Shown here one piece after another: positions 44,621 through 58,682 of a stretch of DNA of 64,000 nt (the first letter of the stretch is position 1; each line of letters opens with the position of its first letter). This DNA is from Macrostomum lignano (taxonomy: Eukaryota): NCBI GenBank assembly GCA_002269645.1, contig NIVC01000910.1, positions 371,498-435,497 of the forward strand, written 5' to 3'. A program made the translations under genes and the position numbers. The notes below the pieces were generated by a model, which did no database searches, had not been told where the DNA came from, and saw only the letters and a list, made by a program, of their open reading frames with translations.

Positions 44621-45229
44621 CTGGCCCGCACATAAGCTGGATTCTTTATCTGGCTTTTGAAGTAAAAGTCTGCCGATCCCTGCTTCGAAAGCCAGTTTGT
44701 GGGACGTACTACTCTCATCGTTATTCTCATGCTTTGATCACGTCATCTTTCTTGCCAATTTGCAGCCCTAAAAGGAATTTGTGTATCTTCAGCTCCACTG
44801 CAGTTTGCATCAGTCTAACAACCAAGGAAATACGCATTTTTTAGGCCATTTAAATTTCAAAGTACTTTTAAGAGAAACTTAAAATTTCCATGGTGTGCCT
44901 AATTTAGTAGGGTTGTATTTCATTGCATCGCATCGCCTTTTCATAAATCTTTCGCTTTTACAAACCATGCTGGATTGCCTCGATTTGCCAATTGCCATCC
45001 ACTGTTAAACTGCTGCAGAGTTTGCCTATACAGAGGGGAGGGCAGTGGTTAGAATTTCTCACTAAACTGTTTTGGCTAAACGTAGCCTCTCCACTTGCGA
45101 GAAGGCTATAAATAAAGTTATTCCAAAACACTGTACATTTGCTATGTACATTCAGTCCTATCGCCTGACCCTTCGTCTGGCTCTGGGGGAATGAGTGAGT
45201 GAGTGGCACAAACAACAGAAAAAGCAGAC

Positions 45230-45850
45230 AAACTTCACACGCTTACAGTTTCTTTTCTGAATGAGTTACAGAGTTGAAACTTTACAGTTAGACAGAGAAT
45301 GAGTCAATGGAGAATTGTGTCAAGTTTGAAGTCAATCGCTTTACGTGGAGCAAACTTATGGCAGCTGAAAGTTAGTCAATTTTGAAACCCTTTTACACAT
45401 CTGGGCCCAGCCAGATCGGGAAAGAGGGCAGGCGGGCGGAGGTTGGGGTGGCTGTCTCGCTGAAAAAAGCAGACTAACTTTAAAAGTGCATAGCGCCGTT
45501 CAGGATTGACTTTGAGACTCGAAATTTTACACGATTGTGCCAAAATAGTTGAAGATTGTTCATGTCAAATTTGAAGAGGGTCGGTAGAAGTGTAGCGGCG
45601 CTATGGAGGATTAAGTGAAAAAATCGCGCATTTAGAGCAGTTTTTTGTACTTTTAGGTAGGAAGACTTGAGTCTAGGAAATTAAAAGGTAGCCTAAGACA
45701 TTCTCCGTAGTAAGTTTAGGGTGGGTGTAAAGTTTGGTGTAATTTGGTTGAGCGGTTTGGGAGTCCATAGCGATCAAAATTGTCCACACACAGACAGACA
45801 GACAGACAGACAGACAGAGTTTTGATTTTTATAGTTAGAGATAATAGATA
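45230..45850 (+). mobile_element. Possible non-autonomous Helitron/DINE-1-like element
   Basis: AAAGTTTGGTGTAATTTGGTTGAGCGGTTTGGGAG...(ACAG)n...TTTTATAGTTAGAGAT architecture recalls such elements; 5' boundary uncertain. Confidence 0.4.
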
Positions 45851-47829
45851 GAAGCCACCTAAAACATAAATAACCTATGAATTTATTACATATTCATTAA
45901 ATTTTACCTCAACAAACATCATACCATCGATAAAAGACCCACAATAGATATTAATAGGTATACCTCTTCTTACTATATCCATTTTTTGAACCTCTTCTAT
46001 GTACTTTCATTCAACCATGCTCTAAATTTACCAGATCTAGCAACTATATAAGGATTGGTAAAATGTGCAAGTATAAAGTATATCATATATCCAGCTATCT
46101 TCTTTTCAAAACAATGCATATATAACTGATTTACGGAATGTATAGTCTCTTAATATACATTTTTCCTATCTTTGTAATACATTTGTATATATAGCTATGT
46201 CAATTATACTTAATAACTCCAATATGGCAAAGGCTATCAGGATATGCCATTAGGCCAAAGTATGTGGCCTATTTTGCTATGATTTTATAAAAGAAACTGA
46301 TTGGCAATTCTTTTAAGCTTTGAAAATTCTTGATTTTTTGTCTTATATAGAGAACTACATGTATTTTGACAATTTTTGTTAAGCATGTATACTGTGGCAA
46401 GAGTTTTTTATATTCATCCTGCCTTGCCTTAAAGTTTCATTTTGTCACTAGAAATAAGTAGCAAAAAGAACTAGGGTGGCCATTCTTTCTATTCAAAAAG
46501 ATACAGCCATTTTAAAATGTTTGTACATGTATATATAAATTATACATATATACATACATATATACATACATACAGATATACATATTTTTAAAGAAAATAT
46601 TCACTTGAAATGAACTATAGGAAGTTACCTACACCTAATATGCAAGCATTTTTAGCTCATTTGCTAAAAAACAAATCCTTTTGACCTTATATTTTCAAGC
46701 AAACTTGGTACAATTTTGAAAATATATGAAAATGAATATTCTATTTGACAGACATGGTCAGGATCATATACTGCTGTATGCCAGAACAAAAATTGCTTCT
46801 GTAGCTCATGCATGCCAATGTACGCCAATGAACTTTTTATTGCATACAAAAAACGCAAAAAAAATTACAAATTAGAACCAATTTTAAAAGCTTGCAAAAT
46901 TTTAATATTGTGTTAAAACTGAAATTTTTTACTAAACTGTATAGAACTAGTTCATTTTAACTATTTTTGTTTTACTTTTAATTTCTTAGAAAAGTTAAAC
47001 TTGGTTTTGTGGCAGGTGGCAGCCATTGTAATATTTATTTATTAACTGTCAATTTATTAACATTTGAAATTATTGCTTTTTACATTAAGTGCATGTTTCC
47101 CAACCTGTAATTTTACTCTCCCGCGTTGGGACAAAAGTTTCATAATTTTATCACGCGCCTCCTCCCGCTATGGGATCTTTTAGTCTCCTTTCACGTGAAT
47201 TTTGCTCCCTTTGCTTGTTCAATTGTGTCCCTCCATTTAATTATTTGCTTTTTTCTCATTTTGCAGCTACTGGACCAGATGCGTTATGTGCTTTTCCTTA
47301 TCCTGGTCTAGCAGCAGACTTTGCCTACTTTACTTATAAATAAATTGTTGTGTGAATTTGTGTAACCTTTTTTTAACTTTGTCTTACTTGGTTTAGGTTT
47401 AAAGTTTTTAGCTTAGTTTGCCTATCTGTTTACCTTTCTATTTTGAATACTCCTTCTACTTTACTTTAAATAGTTGCGTATAGTTTGATTGCTTATTTTA
47501 ATTAGTCGTCGCACCGCGGCATGCCAAAATCATCCTTGTCATTCTCTATTAATTCAGTTATTATCCTGCTCAACCAGAACTAATAAAGAATAAGAATCCA
47601 ACCCATTTAATAATACATAAATTTGTTGACATTAAGCCATAGCCTATCTTGAGTCTTTTGCCTGTGGGGCATAAAATAACCAAGTTTTCTTAGCTCAAAG
47701 AAAGCTCAGGGACTTATCCATTCCGTAATATGTAAATTACGGCAGTGGCAGCTCTACCCTACTGAAAGTAACCAGCTCAGCAAATCGACACATAGATTTA
47801 CAGTGTCTAAACCTCCAGTGTTTCATTGC

Positions 47830-50800
47830 TTTGAACAACCGCGCCGTTACACGACTGCTCTGCTACGATTACAACTACCCTCCCCCCAGACTTGAGAACC
47901 TGGCTGTCAGAGTAAAAGGAGAAAGATTATGTTGTGATTTGTCTGCACAAATTTTCCGGCTTTACTCGTGCGAACTCAACATTGGCAGCAATTCAAACGT
48001 GGAATCTGCCCCACTACACTGGTGTCAGCAAATTTCAAATCAACCCATTTGAAGAAAATCCTTTCTCCACCCCCACCTCCCTGGTGGCCAGCTAAGTGGG
48101 ATTTATATTTTACAAGTTGACATATGAGTACATATCCATTTTCTCCAAAACTTATCTTGTAGAACATTGCGACAAGGATGCAAAGCACATATCTGTGCTA
48201 GTCACTGACTGTGGAAAATTCCTTGAAATTAAGAGCCTTAGTCTGGATCACTGCCATGATGTCAATGAAGTGAGTTTGTATTCTGATTTGTATAGTTTTT
48301 TATACATATTTTTTTGTCTTGCTTGCTTAGATAGAGGGCTATATAATGGCATAGGTTGATGGGAGGTCTATGGCTCTTACTGCAAAACAAACCATAGTAA
48401 ATATAGGAATGGCTTTATATGCTCATATATGTAAATGCTGGCACTAGACTGGGAGTTTCCTATGCCTCATGCCCTTATGGAGTGTTCTCACTCAATCTGA
48501 AATGAAAGGCTCACTGTTGGAAGGCTGCATGATTTATCCATATATTCAACAACTCACTGAGCAATAGAGGAAGGGTCAAATTGATCTTAGTAGTATGTAT
48601 CTCATAATGGCCAGATGACATGACTGGGTCTAGTGTAGGCTATTGATTTGATTGTCTATTATGACTAATCTAACTACTAATCATATAACCCTGATAAAAA
48701 TGTATTGGAGGCCTTTAAAATATGTATGAAGGCAATTTGTATATGTAAGTGCAACATGATACAAGTATGCTACAATGAAAATTGAAGTTGGAAGGGAAGT
48801 AACTTAATATGTAATAGAGATTGCAAAAACTATATTTTCTTTAAACTTGGTACATAGCAATAAAAAAAAATTATAAAGCACAATCTGATTGTTGCTAGTT
48901 AAATATTTTAGAGTATTTAGTATTATTACTGAAATCTTTGGTAGTGACATAGTTGTGAATTTCATATACTTTGCAGGTACTTTATTAATTTTCAATAATT
49001 TTATTTGGCTAAATAAGTATACTAAGTTGAGTAATAGGGCATACCTTAAGCTAGACAGTTGTGGGTTTGCTCTGACTTGTGGTTTTAGCTGAAATGGCTT
49101 CAACCAAGAAGTAACAATTTTCTACTTTAAGCATTCTAGCTTAGAAACATATATCCCACCTGTAAAGATGCAGTGTATGTCTCTTATTCAATCATTCTAA
49201 CAAAACCCATCAGACTTTATTAATAATGATGTTGGGCTTCCATAAAGGAATGCATGTCAAATGGCATTCCCATCTCTTAATTCAGGGAAGTAACCTTACT
49301 AAATTCTAACAATACATTTCCCCTCTAGTTGGGGAAATCAATTTGGTTCCATCTCCCAATGCTAAGATTTGAGTCAAATCTTGGCTCTAACCATAGACAA
49401 AAAATCCCACAAACAATTTAGAAAAAAACTTCAATCAAGTTGATTTGTAACAACCACTAGTCAGATAAGTCAGGTATGTATTAAATTGTGCTTTAAATGT
49501 GACAAGCAAATAAAAAATCGAACATTCAAATAAACAGATAGTAGAAACAGGAAATTGTTTATTTTCAAGACAAAGGTCAATGTCTGTCACAATTTTATTG
49601 GTACCACAGAGTACAGTCCTTGGTTTGCCATGGGAGATGAATCAACATCTTACACAAACTGTGGAAATTCTTGGCTGGGGAAGTTTGGAGATCAGAGGAC
49701 TTTAAGGCTTTCCTCCTCTGTACACTTATTGCTGTCTATGGCAAAACCTCAAGCAACTGGTAAAAGGAGATACTGAAGGAAAAAACATGATAGAAGATGG
49801 GAACAGAGTCGAGGGGTAGAGAGAGGTACAGAGGGGGAATGAAATGGTGGAAGGAAGAGGGGAGAATCAAAAGCAAAACAACAAGCCTAGAACATTCTTA
49901 TTTGATCCAGCGTGCAAAAATGCTTTGGAAGTTGCCATATGCGTGCAGAAATGCAAGTGTCTATGGTAAAAGCACTTTGAATTTGCACGTGCACTCTGTG
50001 CAGGAATGTCAATCGTACAAGAATGTAATGCGCAATGTTTCTATATTTAGCATAACAGCCATAGACTACAAGCATAATCTTTCAATTGTGCAAGAATGTT
50101 CAGACTAGCTTGCACATATTTTGTCTATGGTTCAAGTCTAACTCCACACAACCAGCTCCACCCTTGTCTACTTTAGCCACACATGTTGAATCAAATAAGA
50201 ATGGGAATCTAGCACTTTGACTTGTGCGTCTATGGCAAAAACCCTCGTGCACTACGTGCACTCATGTTTCAGCCATTGATGCACTCGTTAGCATGCTAGA
50301 TTCCTCCATTGGAACCAACTTGATTGAAGTTTTGTTTCCAAATTACTTGCTGGAATTTTTTTGTCTATTGTTAGAGCCAAGATTCGACTCGAATCCAGCA
50401 TCAGGAGATGGCTCCAAATTGATTGAAGTTTTCTTGAGACTAGAGTGAAAATGGTATAATTTTGATGTTGAATCATTACATATTATTTTTTAATCATTTT
50501 ATTGACTTCTTTTTAAATTTTCATTAACTTTTACTAACTTTGCCAAATCTGGGGAAAACACTTAATAAACACTGCTAAGACTACTACTAACACTACTACT
50601 CATTCAAACCTACTGAGCCCTACAACACCTCAATTATATGTCCATTGGCCAAGCAGCTGACTAGCATCACTTCATTTGTAGCAATGCAGTGGTTTGCAAT
50701 TGCTGCATTTAATTTCTTTCCTTTCATTTTCCCCAAATTAAAGATGGTCTTCAAGCATTTGGCCTAGGAGAGACGGCTCAGTGATACATAAGAGCAGGCT

Positions 50801-53800
50801 GCAATTCGAGCATTGAAGCTTTGAAGATTGAAGCATTGAAGCAGAGACAGGCAAGAAGATCCTTCTGAAAGACCTACACAGGCTCTCAAAAAAGGCTACT
50901 GACTCTCATGGTGACATAAACAAGATTCTCACAGACATGTCCTCAGAGGAAAGGACATCAGTGCACGTCTTCATAGGTGAAGATGACATATTGTCAGGCA
51001 TATTGTTTCAGGATGCAGAAATGAAGAATGTCATGCAGTGCTTTCCTGAAATACTATTTGTGGATGCAACATGGAATAAACAACCTTGGCTTTGCACTTT
51101 ACATTCTTGCTGTCGAGGACAGAAATGGCGAGACAGAAATAGCTGCTGCGTGGCTTTTGGAAGCTGAGACAAAACAGGCCATCGAAGTTATAGACAAAAT
51201 CAAATAGGACAACCCATTGTGGACAGATGTAAAGGTCATAATGGCTGATAAAGATTTTGTTGAGAGAGATGTGTTTGGAGCTGCCTTTCCTAAAGCTAAA
51301 ATTCAGATCTGCAGCTATCACACACTACAAAACTTTCGTTGTGAGATCACAACTCAGAGGTTTGCCATTAGTTCCGAAGAGTGGCTTTGAATTCTTGAGA
51401 TGGTGTACACTGAATCCGAGTCTAGCTATGGAGAACTTTATGCCACTTTTGTTTCCACTGTGCCTCAGTTGGTAGTGCAATATTTCATAGACAATTGGCA
51501 CAACATCCACCACCAATGGGTGCGAAATCTGATGAGGAAGGAGATGTCACTTGGAAATTAAACGAATAACAGACTTGAGTCAATTAATCAGAAAGTGAGG
51601 TCTATGCTGTAGAAGAATTTGACCCTTGCAACATGCCTGGCATCACTAAGAATAGCAATAAGATCCCTTTGTTTGGAACAGGACCGTTGAGCCATACAAC
51701 TGATTCAAAAGTGCCTGTCAAACCCATTTGTGCCAGGCAGCATTGAGGAGCAGTACTCAAGGCTTCTGACACCATTTGCTTTTCGCTACCTTAAGTACTA
51801 GCTAGATTGGAGTACTGCAGGCGCCAGTGTCTCTGATGCCACCGCCAAAGAGTGCTCCTGTCCATTCTTTACGTCTATGAAGCTTCCATGTCAGCATATC
51901 CTGACTTTTCGAGTGAACTCCAGCCTACCAACATTCGACACGAATCTATGTGCCAGACGCTAGACAAGAAGTTTCTATACATTGTGTCACCGTGCTTTTC
52001 TGGCAACCCCAAACCACTCACTTCAAGCCAGTGTGGTATCGTCAGAAAATACTGCAACCCGTGGTATGCTTGATGGTAGAGAAAAGTTTAGGAAGGCACA
52101 AGTAGTGACTCAGAAGCTGGCTGCTGCAACTGCAAATTCTGGAATGCATGACTTTGAACAAAGAATGAACCTACTTAGGCAACTTCTGCACACATAGGAG
52201 GATGACAAGCATGCTGCCCTGACAATAATTCCTGCAGCACATAGCACCACATCTGGTTCTGAGCAACATTTTAAGGCCAACTCTGGTGATTTTCACCCAT
52301 CTATCAATAGCTTCGATAGCATACTGTTGGAACTGAATTACTTCCACCTAGTCATCACATCTTCATCAAGTCCCCCACTCGTGGGGCCTGCAGCTGCTGC
52401 TTCATCAGGCTGCCTGTCATCACTTCTATCAGCCTCTGTCTCAGGCCCTCCAATGGTAGCACCCTCAGCCGCCGCCTCATCGATATTGGGCCCACCATTG
52501 TCAGTGTCATTGGCTGCTGCCTCATTGGGCCCTCCATTATCGCTGCCATTGGCCGCTGCCTCCTCAGGCCCTCCATCGTTGGTGCCATCAGCTGCTGCCT
52601 CATTGGCTCCTCCATTGTTGGTGCTATTAGCTGCTGCCTCATCGGGTCCTACATCATTGGTGCCATCGGCCGCTGTCTCATCGGGCCCTCCATTGTCAGT
52701 GTCATTAGCCGCTGCCTCATCGGGCCCTCCATCGTCAGTGCCATCGGCTGCTGCCTCATCAGGCCCTCCATTGTTGGTGCCATCGGCCACTATCTCATTG
52801 GGCTCTACATCATTGGTGCCATCAGCTGCCTCTTTGTTAGGTAGCCATCCAAGTGTTATCTTGCTTCCAGTTGTGCGGCAAAGAGGTTGACCAAAGGGAG
52901 CAGACTTGACAACTGTCGGCCTGCCAAAGCGATGTCATAAAAGTAGCTTGGCTCCATTTTTGCACCTTAGTTGTTTGGAGAAGAACGATTGTGAGTTCTT
53001 GTTTGTTTGGAGTGCATTATGCTTGTATATTTGCATTTTCGTATCCTCCATGCATTTCATGAGTTATCAAACAACTGTGTAGTGTTCCGATGGATTTAAA
53101 AATATGCATATTCATTTTCACTTATTTCGGGTCCAAATATTTAACTAAAGTCCCTTTTTTTAGAATATTAAAATACAGTTACTTCTGCATGGTACATACA
53201 CATTCGGATACTCATAGCACAACCCCAATATGTTTAAGCCTAAAAGTTAATGCGTCAGAATACTGCAGAAAAGTAACCACCATTGAGCATGAATTCTTAG
53301 TGATAAATGTTCAGGGTAATATTGTTAGCGTAAGTTTAGTGCAAACAGATGAGCGTCACCCTACCTTTGGTGTGTTACTATCTATTCAATATTCTAATCA
53401 TTCCCAATTCCATTGGGCTAAATTCCTAATACAGTGCAACTCCTATCTGTTGATTTTGAAATTAGCTAAAATTTTCATCTTTCTAAATTCACACCTCTAT
53501 TGTCTTTATCTTCATCTTCCTTCCTCTCAATTACACCCTCTATCTATCTCCCACCTCCAATAACCTCTGCTCCTCTCCCATTTTATTTTACTCTATTTAA
53601 CTGTCCTCTCTCTTATTCTTTCTCCCTGACCCTCTCCCCTCTTCCATCCTACTATTCCTTCTCTCCCTTCCTCTCCCAAATACATGTGCTCTCAATCTTT
53701 CTATGCCCCTTTCTTCCTAAATATTCGCCCTCTTCTCTCTACCTTAATCTTGCCCTTACCCACACCTTCAATTGTCTTCCATACCTTTCTCTCCTACACC

Positions 53801-54173
53801 CTCATCCATTCTTCCAGTCGTGCTCCATTGGATAACAAATGATATGACGGCCAAGGCAACACTGCAAGGTAGATGCTTGATCGGCCCTACCGACATTCAA
53901 AATCCACTACATTTTGGCTTCCATGACTGCCATGTGAAACTGGAAGAGTACGCCCATTTTTTCACAGATGACAGCTTTCGAGAGCTTTGACATAGGGTGG
54001 CTTGGCTGAAGGTTTCCTCCTGGCAGTGTGGAATTTGCCACAGTGATCTGGGGGACGCCCCAAGCATTGCGTGTGACAGATGCCTGCAATGGAACCACAT
54101 TTCTTGTCAAAATTTGTTGTTGCCCCCTAATTCTAAACTCTTTTTTTGCATTGCTTGTAGATGCCAGTCTTGA
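47830..54173 (+). pseudogene. Decayed Mutator-like (MULE) ZSWIM1/3-type transposase with SWIM and C-terminal PHD finger
   Basis: N-terminal exon ending ...LEIKSLSLDHCHDVNE|GTGAGT (48269); TGKKILLKDLH; FPEILFVDAT (D), VIMADKD (D), QICSYH (CxxH), TNNRLES (E); SWIM CSCPFFTSMKLPCQH (~51852); RG*PKG; PHD CGICHSDLGDAPSIACDRCLQWNHISC...FFCIAC (54027-54158); multiple in-frame stops; TIRs not found. Confidence 0.85.
52400..52830 (+). repeat. 39-bp in-frame repeat (AAASSGPPLSVPS-like, ~10 units) inside the MULE remnant
   Basis: GCTGCCTCATCGGGCCCTCCATTG... units; open on both strands. Confidence 0.88.
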
Positions 54174-54423
54174 ATGTTTCATCAATTGTCTATAAGGTAT
54201 AGACAGAAGAGATAGACAGAAGATATTTCTCTCAGAACAGAAATATAGAAATGTCAAGTGTCAGATCTACTATGGTCTTAATTCAACCATTCTCTATATA
54301 TCTATTCTGTCTCTCTCTATTTATCTCTCTGTTTCTTTCTCTATATTGATATTGCTTTCCCTTTGTCTCTCTTTTTATATGTATCTCTAATCTCTCTTTC
54401 TTTATCTATCTGTCTCTCCTGTT

Positions 54424-54498
<75 letters not shown>

Positions 54499-57400
54499 AA
54501 AACTTTCTAAAACCATTCCAGATTTCCATTCCAAAACTTTTGGAATGCTACTTTATAGAATTGCTATATATTGTAATACAGTACAGTGCTTTGGGAGTTT
54601 GATTTGTTGGACCTTGCTTTGGTCTTTTCGGATAGTAATCAACTACATTTTTATCAAGATCGTGAGTAAACACAAATTTATATTCTTAATTTTAAATTGA
54701 TTGCAGTTTATAGATTCGCTATAACCAGTGTTGGGTAAGTTACTCAACACTCATTTTCCGCTACAGTTTAAAAAAATATTAATCGTAATTTTTTGGCGTA
54801 CAATTTGGCGTACCTGTAGAGTTTGGAAAATCAAGTTCCAAAAGATTGGCGTACATCAGCCTGCACATGAAGCCTTTCCTCGGCGTACATTCCAGGGTGT
54901 ATGGGACACCTTCCTGACTATGGCCTATATTGTCATTGATATTGCTGCAAAGTGCAAACATTACAACAAATCATCATTAACAGGTCTAACCTTACCTGGA
55001 TTATTGACAAAGATTTGATGAATTCAATTGACATTATCAGAATTTTAAAAAAATTGTAAGTCAAGATATAGATAAATTTATCTGACAGGTTTAGTTTGGC
55101 TAGAGTCTTAAGTCTGCTGTCAGTTTAACATGATTTGGAAATTTGGAATTTCATGATCAATATAATTACTGGTCCAATGCGTTTTTAAATACAAAAACAA
55201 AAGGAAGTGGTGCAGTGGTAGTCCTATTCTTTAATCTGTACAATTTACTGAACTAGGCCTACACTAGCGCTTCTGTTTTGTATTGTGATAAACTGATTAT
55301 AATTATTCTGCCCATGTTACTTCCAGGAAATAGAGCGAAAATATTAATTTTGAAAATACCCTACGTAATCTTTGCTTTGGAGTTTTTCGTTCAGTTCTGC
55401 CATTGTATTTAAGGAAAATGCTTTTCCACAAAAAGCTACAACGAAAGTGACGAAAATACAAATAAAAATGTTTGTTAATCTGCATGCTGGGAAAAAATAA
55501 TTTTTACTGCTACATGCAGTAAATCAACATCGGTACTGTCTTAAACTATAACGGATCATTTTGGTGTCGGCAGGCGAGATTTCAGCAGCAGAAGTTCAGA
55601 TTTGGCTCCAATCAATTCCATATGTGTTGACTCAAAAATTTCTAAGCACGATCGGCCTTGTATTGTACATGTACTTGTATATCAAAATGTATGTTAAAAG
55701 GGAATCCCAATTAGCACATACTCCTCAGTCTATACATTGCCTTCTATCTATACATGTACATGCGTTTCGATTCATTCGATCGTTATTGTTAACGTTATCG
55801 CATTCCGGATTTTCTCGCTAAGGTTAGGGCCAATGGGGGACAGCATGGGCAATTCGATTCCTCAAAACTTCGCTGGGGGACATCTCCCTTTACTGATCAG
55901 TTCAACGTACACCTCGGAGTTATTACGCATGTATCTCGACTAGGGCATTTTCAACAAATCTGGTCAGAAATTTAAATTTCAGATTTTTTATTACAGTGTA
56001 TACTTGTCTAAGTCGTGATCCTAACGTACATGTACTGCATATGGACTTCTCTTACACTTCCAAGTTGGGAGAGACGGCGCATTATATATACGCATGTGTT
56101 CGATCAGCCCTCGGCTATTCGACAAATGGCTTCATATGTATAATAGGAGTTTTTATCTACATGTATAATGCAACTTGCGGAAAGGGCAAACAATCAATAA
56201 ACTTTTTTATTCGTACGTCATAAAAACACTGCTCGTCATCGACGTTGCTACAGCTGTATTTGTGGGTTTATGTTATAAATCATCTCATTGAAATAATACG
56301 GTGAGCACTCAGAAAGTATCGGTAACCCTGCATGCTGTTAAATACATGTATCTATGTAGTTGTTACATGTAATACTAGCTATCGCTTATATTGTAGTAAC
56401 TTCGCACATGTATGCAACAATTATATCATCAGTTATGCTAGAAGGCAAATATCTCATGGAAATTAACATTCACATGTCCCCCTGCAGTTGCACAGTCCAT
56501 AGATCACGATCCCTTTCGCTACACTTAACACTTTTACAAGCGTACAAAGCCTAGCTAACTGACTAATCTAACCTTCTAATCCGTTCATTTTTTCTTCATT
56601 TTCTGGGCGCCAATTTATACGCCTAGCTAGATATATTCTATTATTTTGGAAGACAGGGCCGCAGAAAACACAGCAAAACTCTCTGGCTAATTGGGCTGAC
56701 GTCTTCCGCATGTTGAAGTAGAGTTGACGCTGCTTCTTGACGGTACTATAGCTAGTGCCGAAGCCCTCTCGATCCTGGGCAAACATTTCTACCCACGTAC
56801 AGTACAGCTAGTCTGTCTAAAGAGTAACAAAATTCTGTGACCAAAATTTCGGCCGCAAAAAATTTACCAGACCCGCTCTAGACGACGAATATGATTGAAC
56901 GATTGCTAATAACGGGATTGCTTGGATTCTCTGCAATAGCTGATGTACTATCTAGCCTATACGTATGCATAGTATTCGGTATCAACAATAATACCTAGCT
57001 GTTCAGCTTTATTTTGACTGGGGGGTTTGAGTGCCTTCGTTCTCCCTAGTACATGTATACTAAGGTTCGGCGTAAGGGGAAACATTTTGATAGCTAATTA
57101 AGCTCTTTAGTCCCAGTGACTACTTGCACTTAGCATTCTTTCAATCCCGCTCTCACACGCAATGTCAAGATGCAGTAGAAGTTGGCAGATAGCCGATAGG
57201 CAGGTAATTGAGGAAACACACCGTTGGAGCCCTGATTTCTGGACAGACCTTTCAGAAAAGTTCGGCACCATCATCAAGCTATGCAGTCTTGGGGCAAACG
57301 CCTGTAAGAGTTTTTCATCATACTGTTGTTAGCTTAATCTTTCCAACGAAGAACATGCAGGGCGAGAGGGAAACAGTGTTACAATAGCCGACTAAGGGAA

Positions 57401-58682
57401 ATTGTACTATAGCAAATGCTGTGGGATTGCTGCACGCAGAAGTAGAAGCGGAAGGTTGGGAAGGTGAAAAAGGTTTTTAGGTTAAAGCGTTCGGCGTTCC
57501 TCTCTGACCGTTGGTTCAAGCCCGCCTCCGCCAGAATTCTCTGGATTCAACAACGGCCCATCCAGCAGCCAATCAGCTAGCACTAGCAGCTGCTTGCTTA
57601 AGCCTTCATCCCATGAAATCCCTGCCCTTGGGCCGTTCGCCATTGCTACGCTTCCCTCTTCGTTGGTACCCCTCTTGTCGTTTCCCCCTCTCCAAATCCC
57701 TATTCGAGCCCGACCAGCACGCACTTGTAAGTCAAGAGGCGATGGTCTGAAATGGTTCGTTTCTCGGGCAGTGCAAGATATTCGAGTTCGATTCGTGCAC
57801 TCTTTGTAGATGCAGCTATACTGTAGATCCGAAAATTTAGTTTAAAAGTTAGTTATTGAAGCTTATTTCGCCAACTTAATCGGTAAGTTGTGGCATTGAC
57901 GATTGTGCTGTTTTGACTTTCATAAAACTGGGCATCAAGAAATAATGGACAGCTCCAGATGCCGAGTTTAACTGAAAGAACCAGTGTTAAGTTCTAGCGT
58001 ATGCACTGGAACGATACTGTATTGCAATTCCGTTCCAGTGCATAGTAAATATAGACTGTATGAAACGAGTATGCGACCCGTTTTTAATCCGTGTAGGCTT
58101 CACTGCTTTACATGCTGTTGCCCTTTTATCTACGGAACTTAGTAAAAAGTGTCTAAAGTTTGGACGCGCGGAAAAGAGGTCGAAACCTTTCTAGCACTCT
58201 TGGTAGGCGCGCACATACCCGCAGCTGAAGTTTACTGCCAGCCATCGGGGAAATAAAAGGTAAGCTAGAAAAGTCAGAGAGCGTCGTCGTCGATAAGATT
58301 TTTTTCCTTCAGCCTGCAATTCAGTATCTCCTTTTACGGGCGCCAGCGCATGCGGGATGCGGAAGCTGGGGCTGCGGGAAATGATGACGCCGCAACAGCA
58401 GCAGCTGGACCAAAAAGGGAAACAAAGTGCGCAGTGGTTGCCCTATTCTAGCTTGCCTCCCCCAGCGAGTTTGCTTCCTCTGCCCCCCCATCTGAGCGCT
58501 GTAAATAGAAGCTATACCCGACTGGCAGCAAAATTGTGGTGCAATCAAGGGCATTATATGAATTTCGCCTCCCTTATAAGGCTAGAAAATTGACGGCTGA
58601 ACGAAGCTTGTGAATCTTCATTTAATTCTAGATCAGCAGAAGACGGAACAAGGCGGTATCCACTAAGCTGCAACATATTGAC

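Noticed and set aside
42638-44844. Long S/L/F-rich ORFs resembling membrane proteins
   Set aside because: Artefacts of a CT-only low-complexity tract that lacks stop codons.
54724-54765. CAGTGTTGGGTAAGTTACT, resembling a hAT-type TIR
   Set aside because: No matching inverted partner or TSD found.
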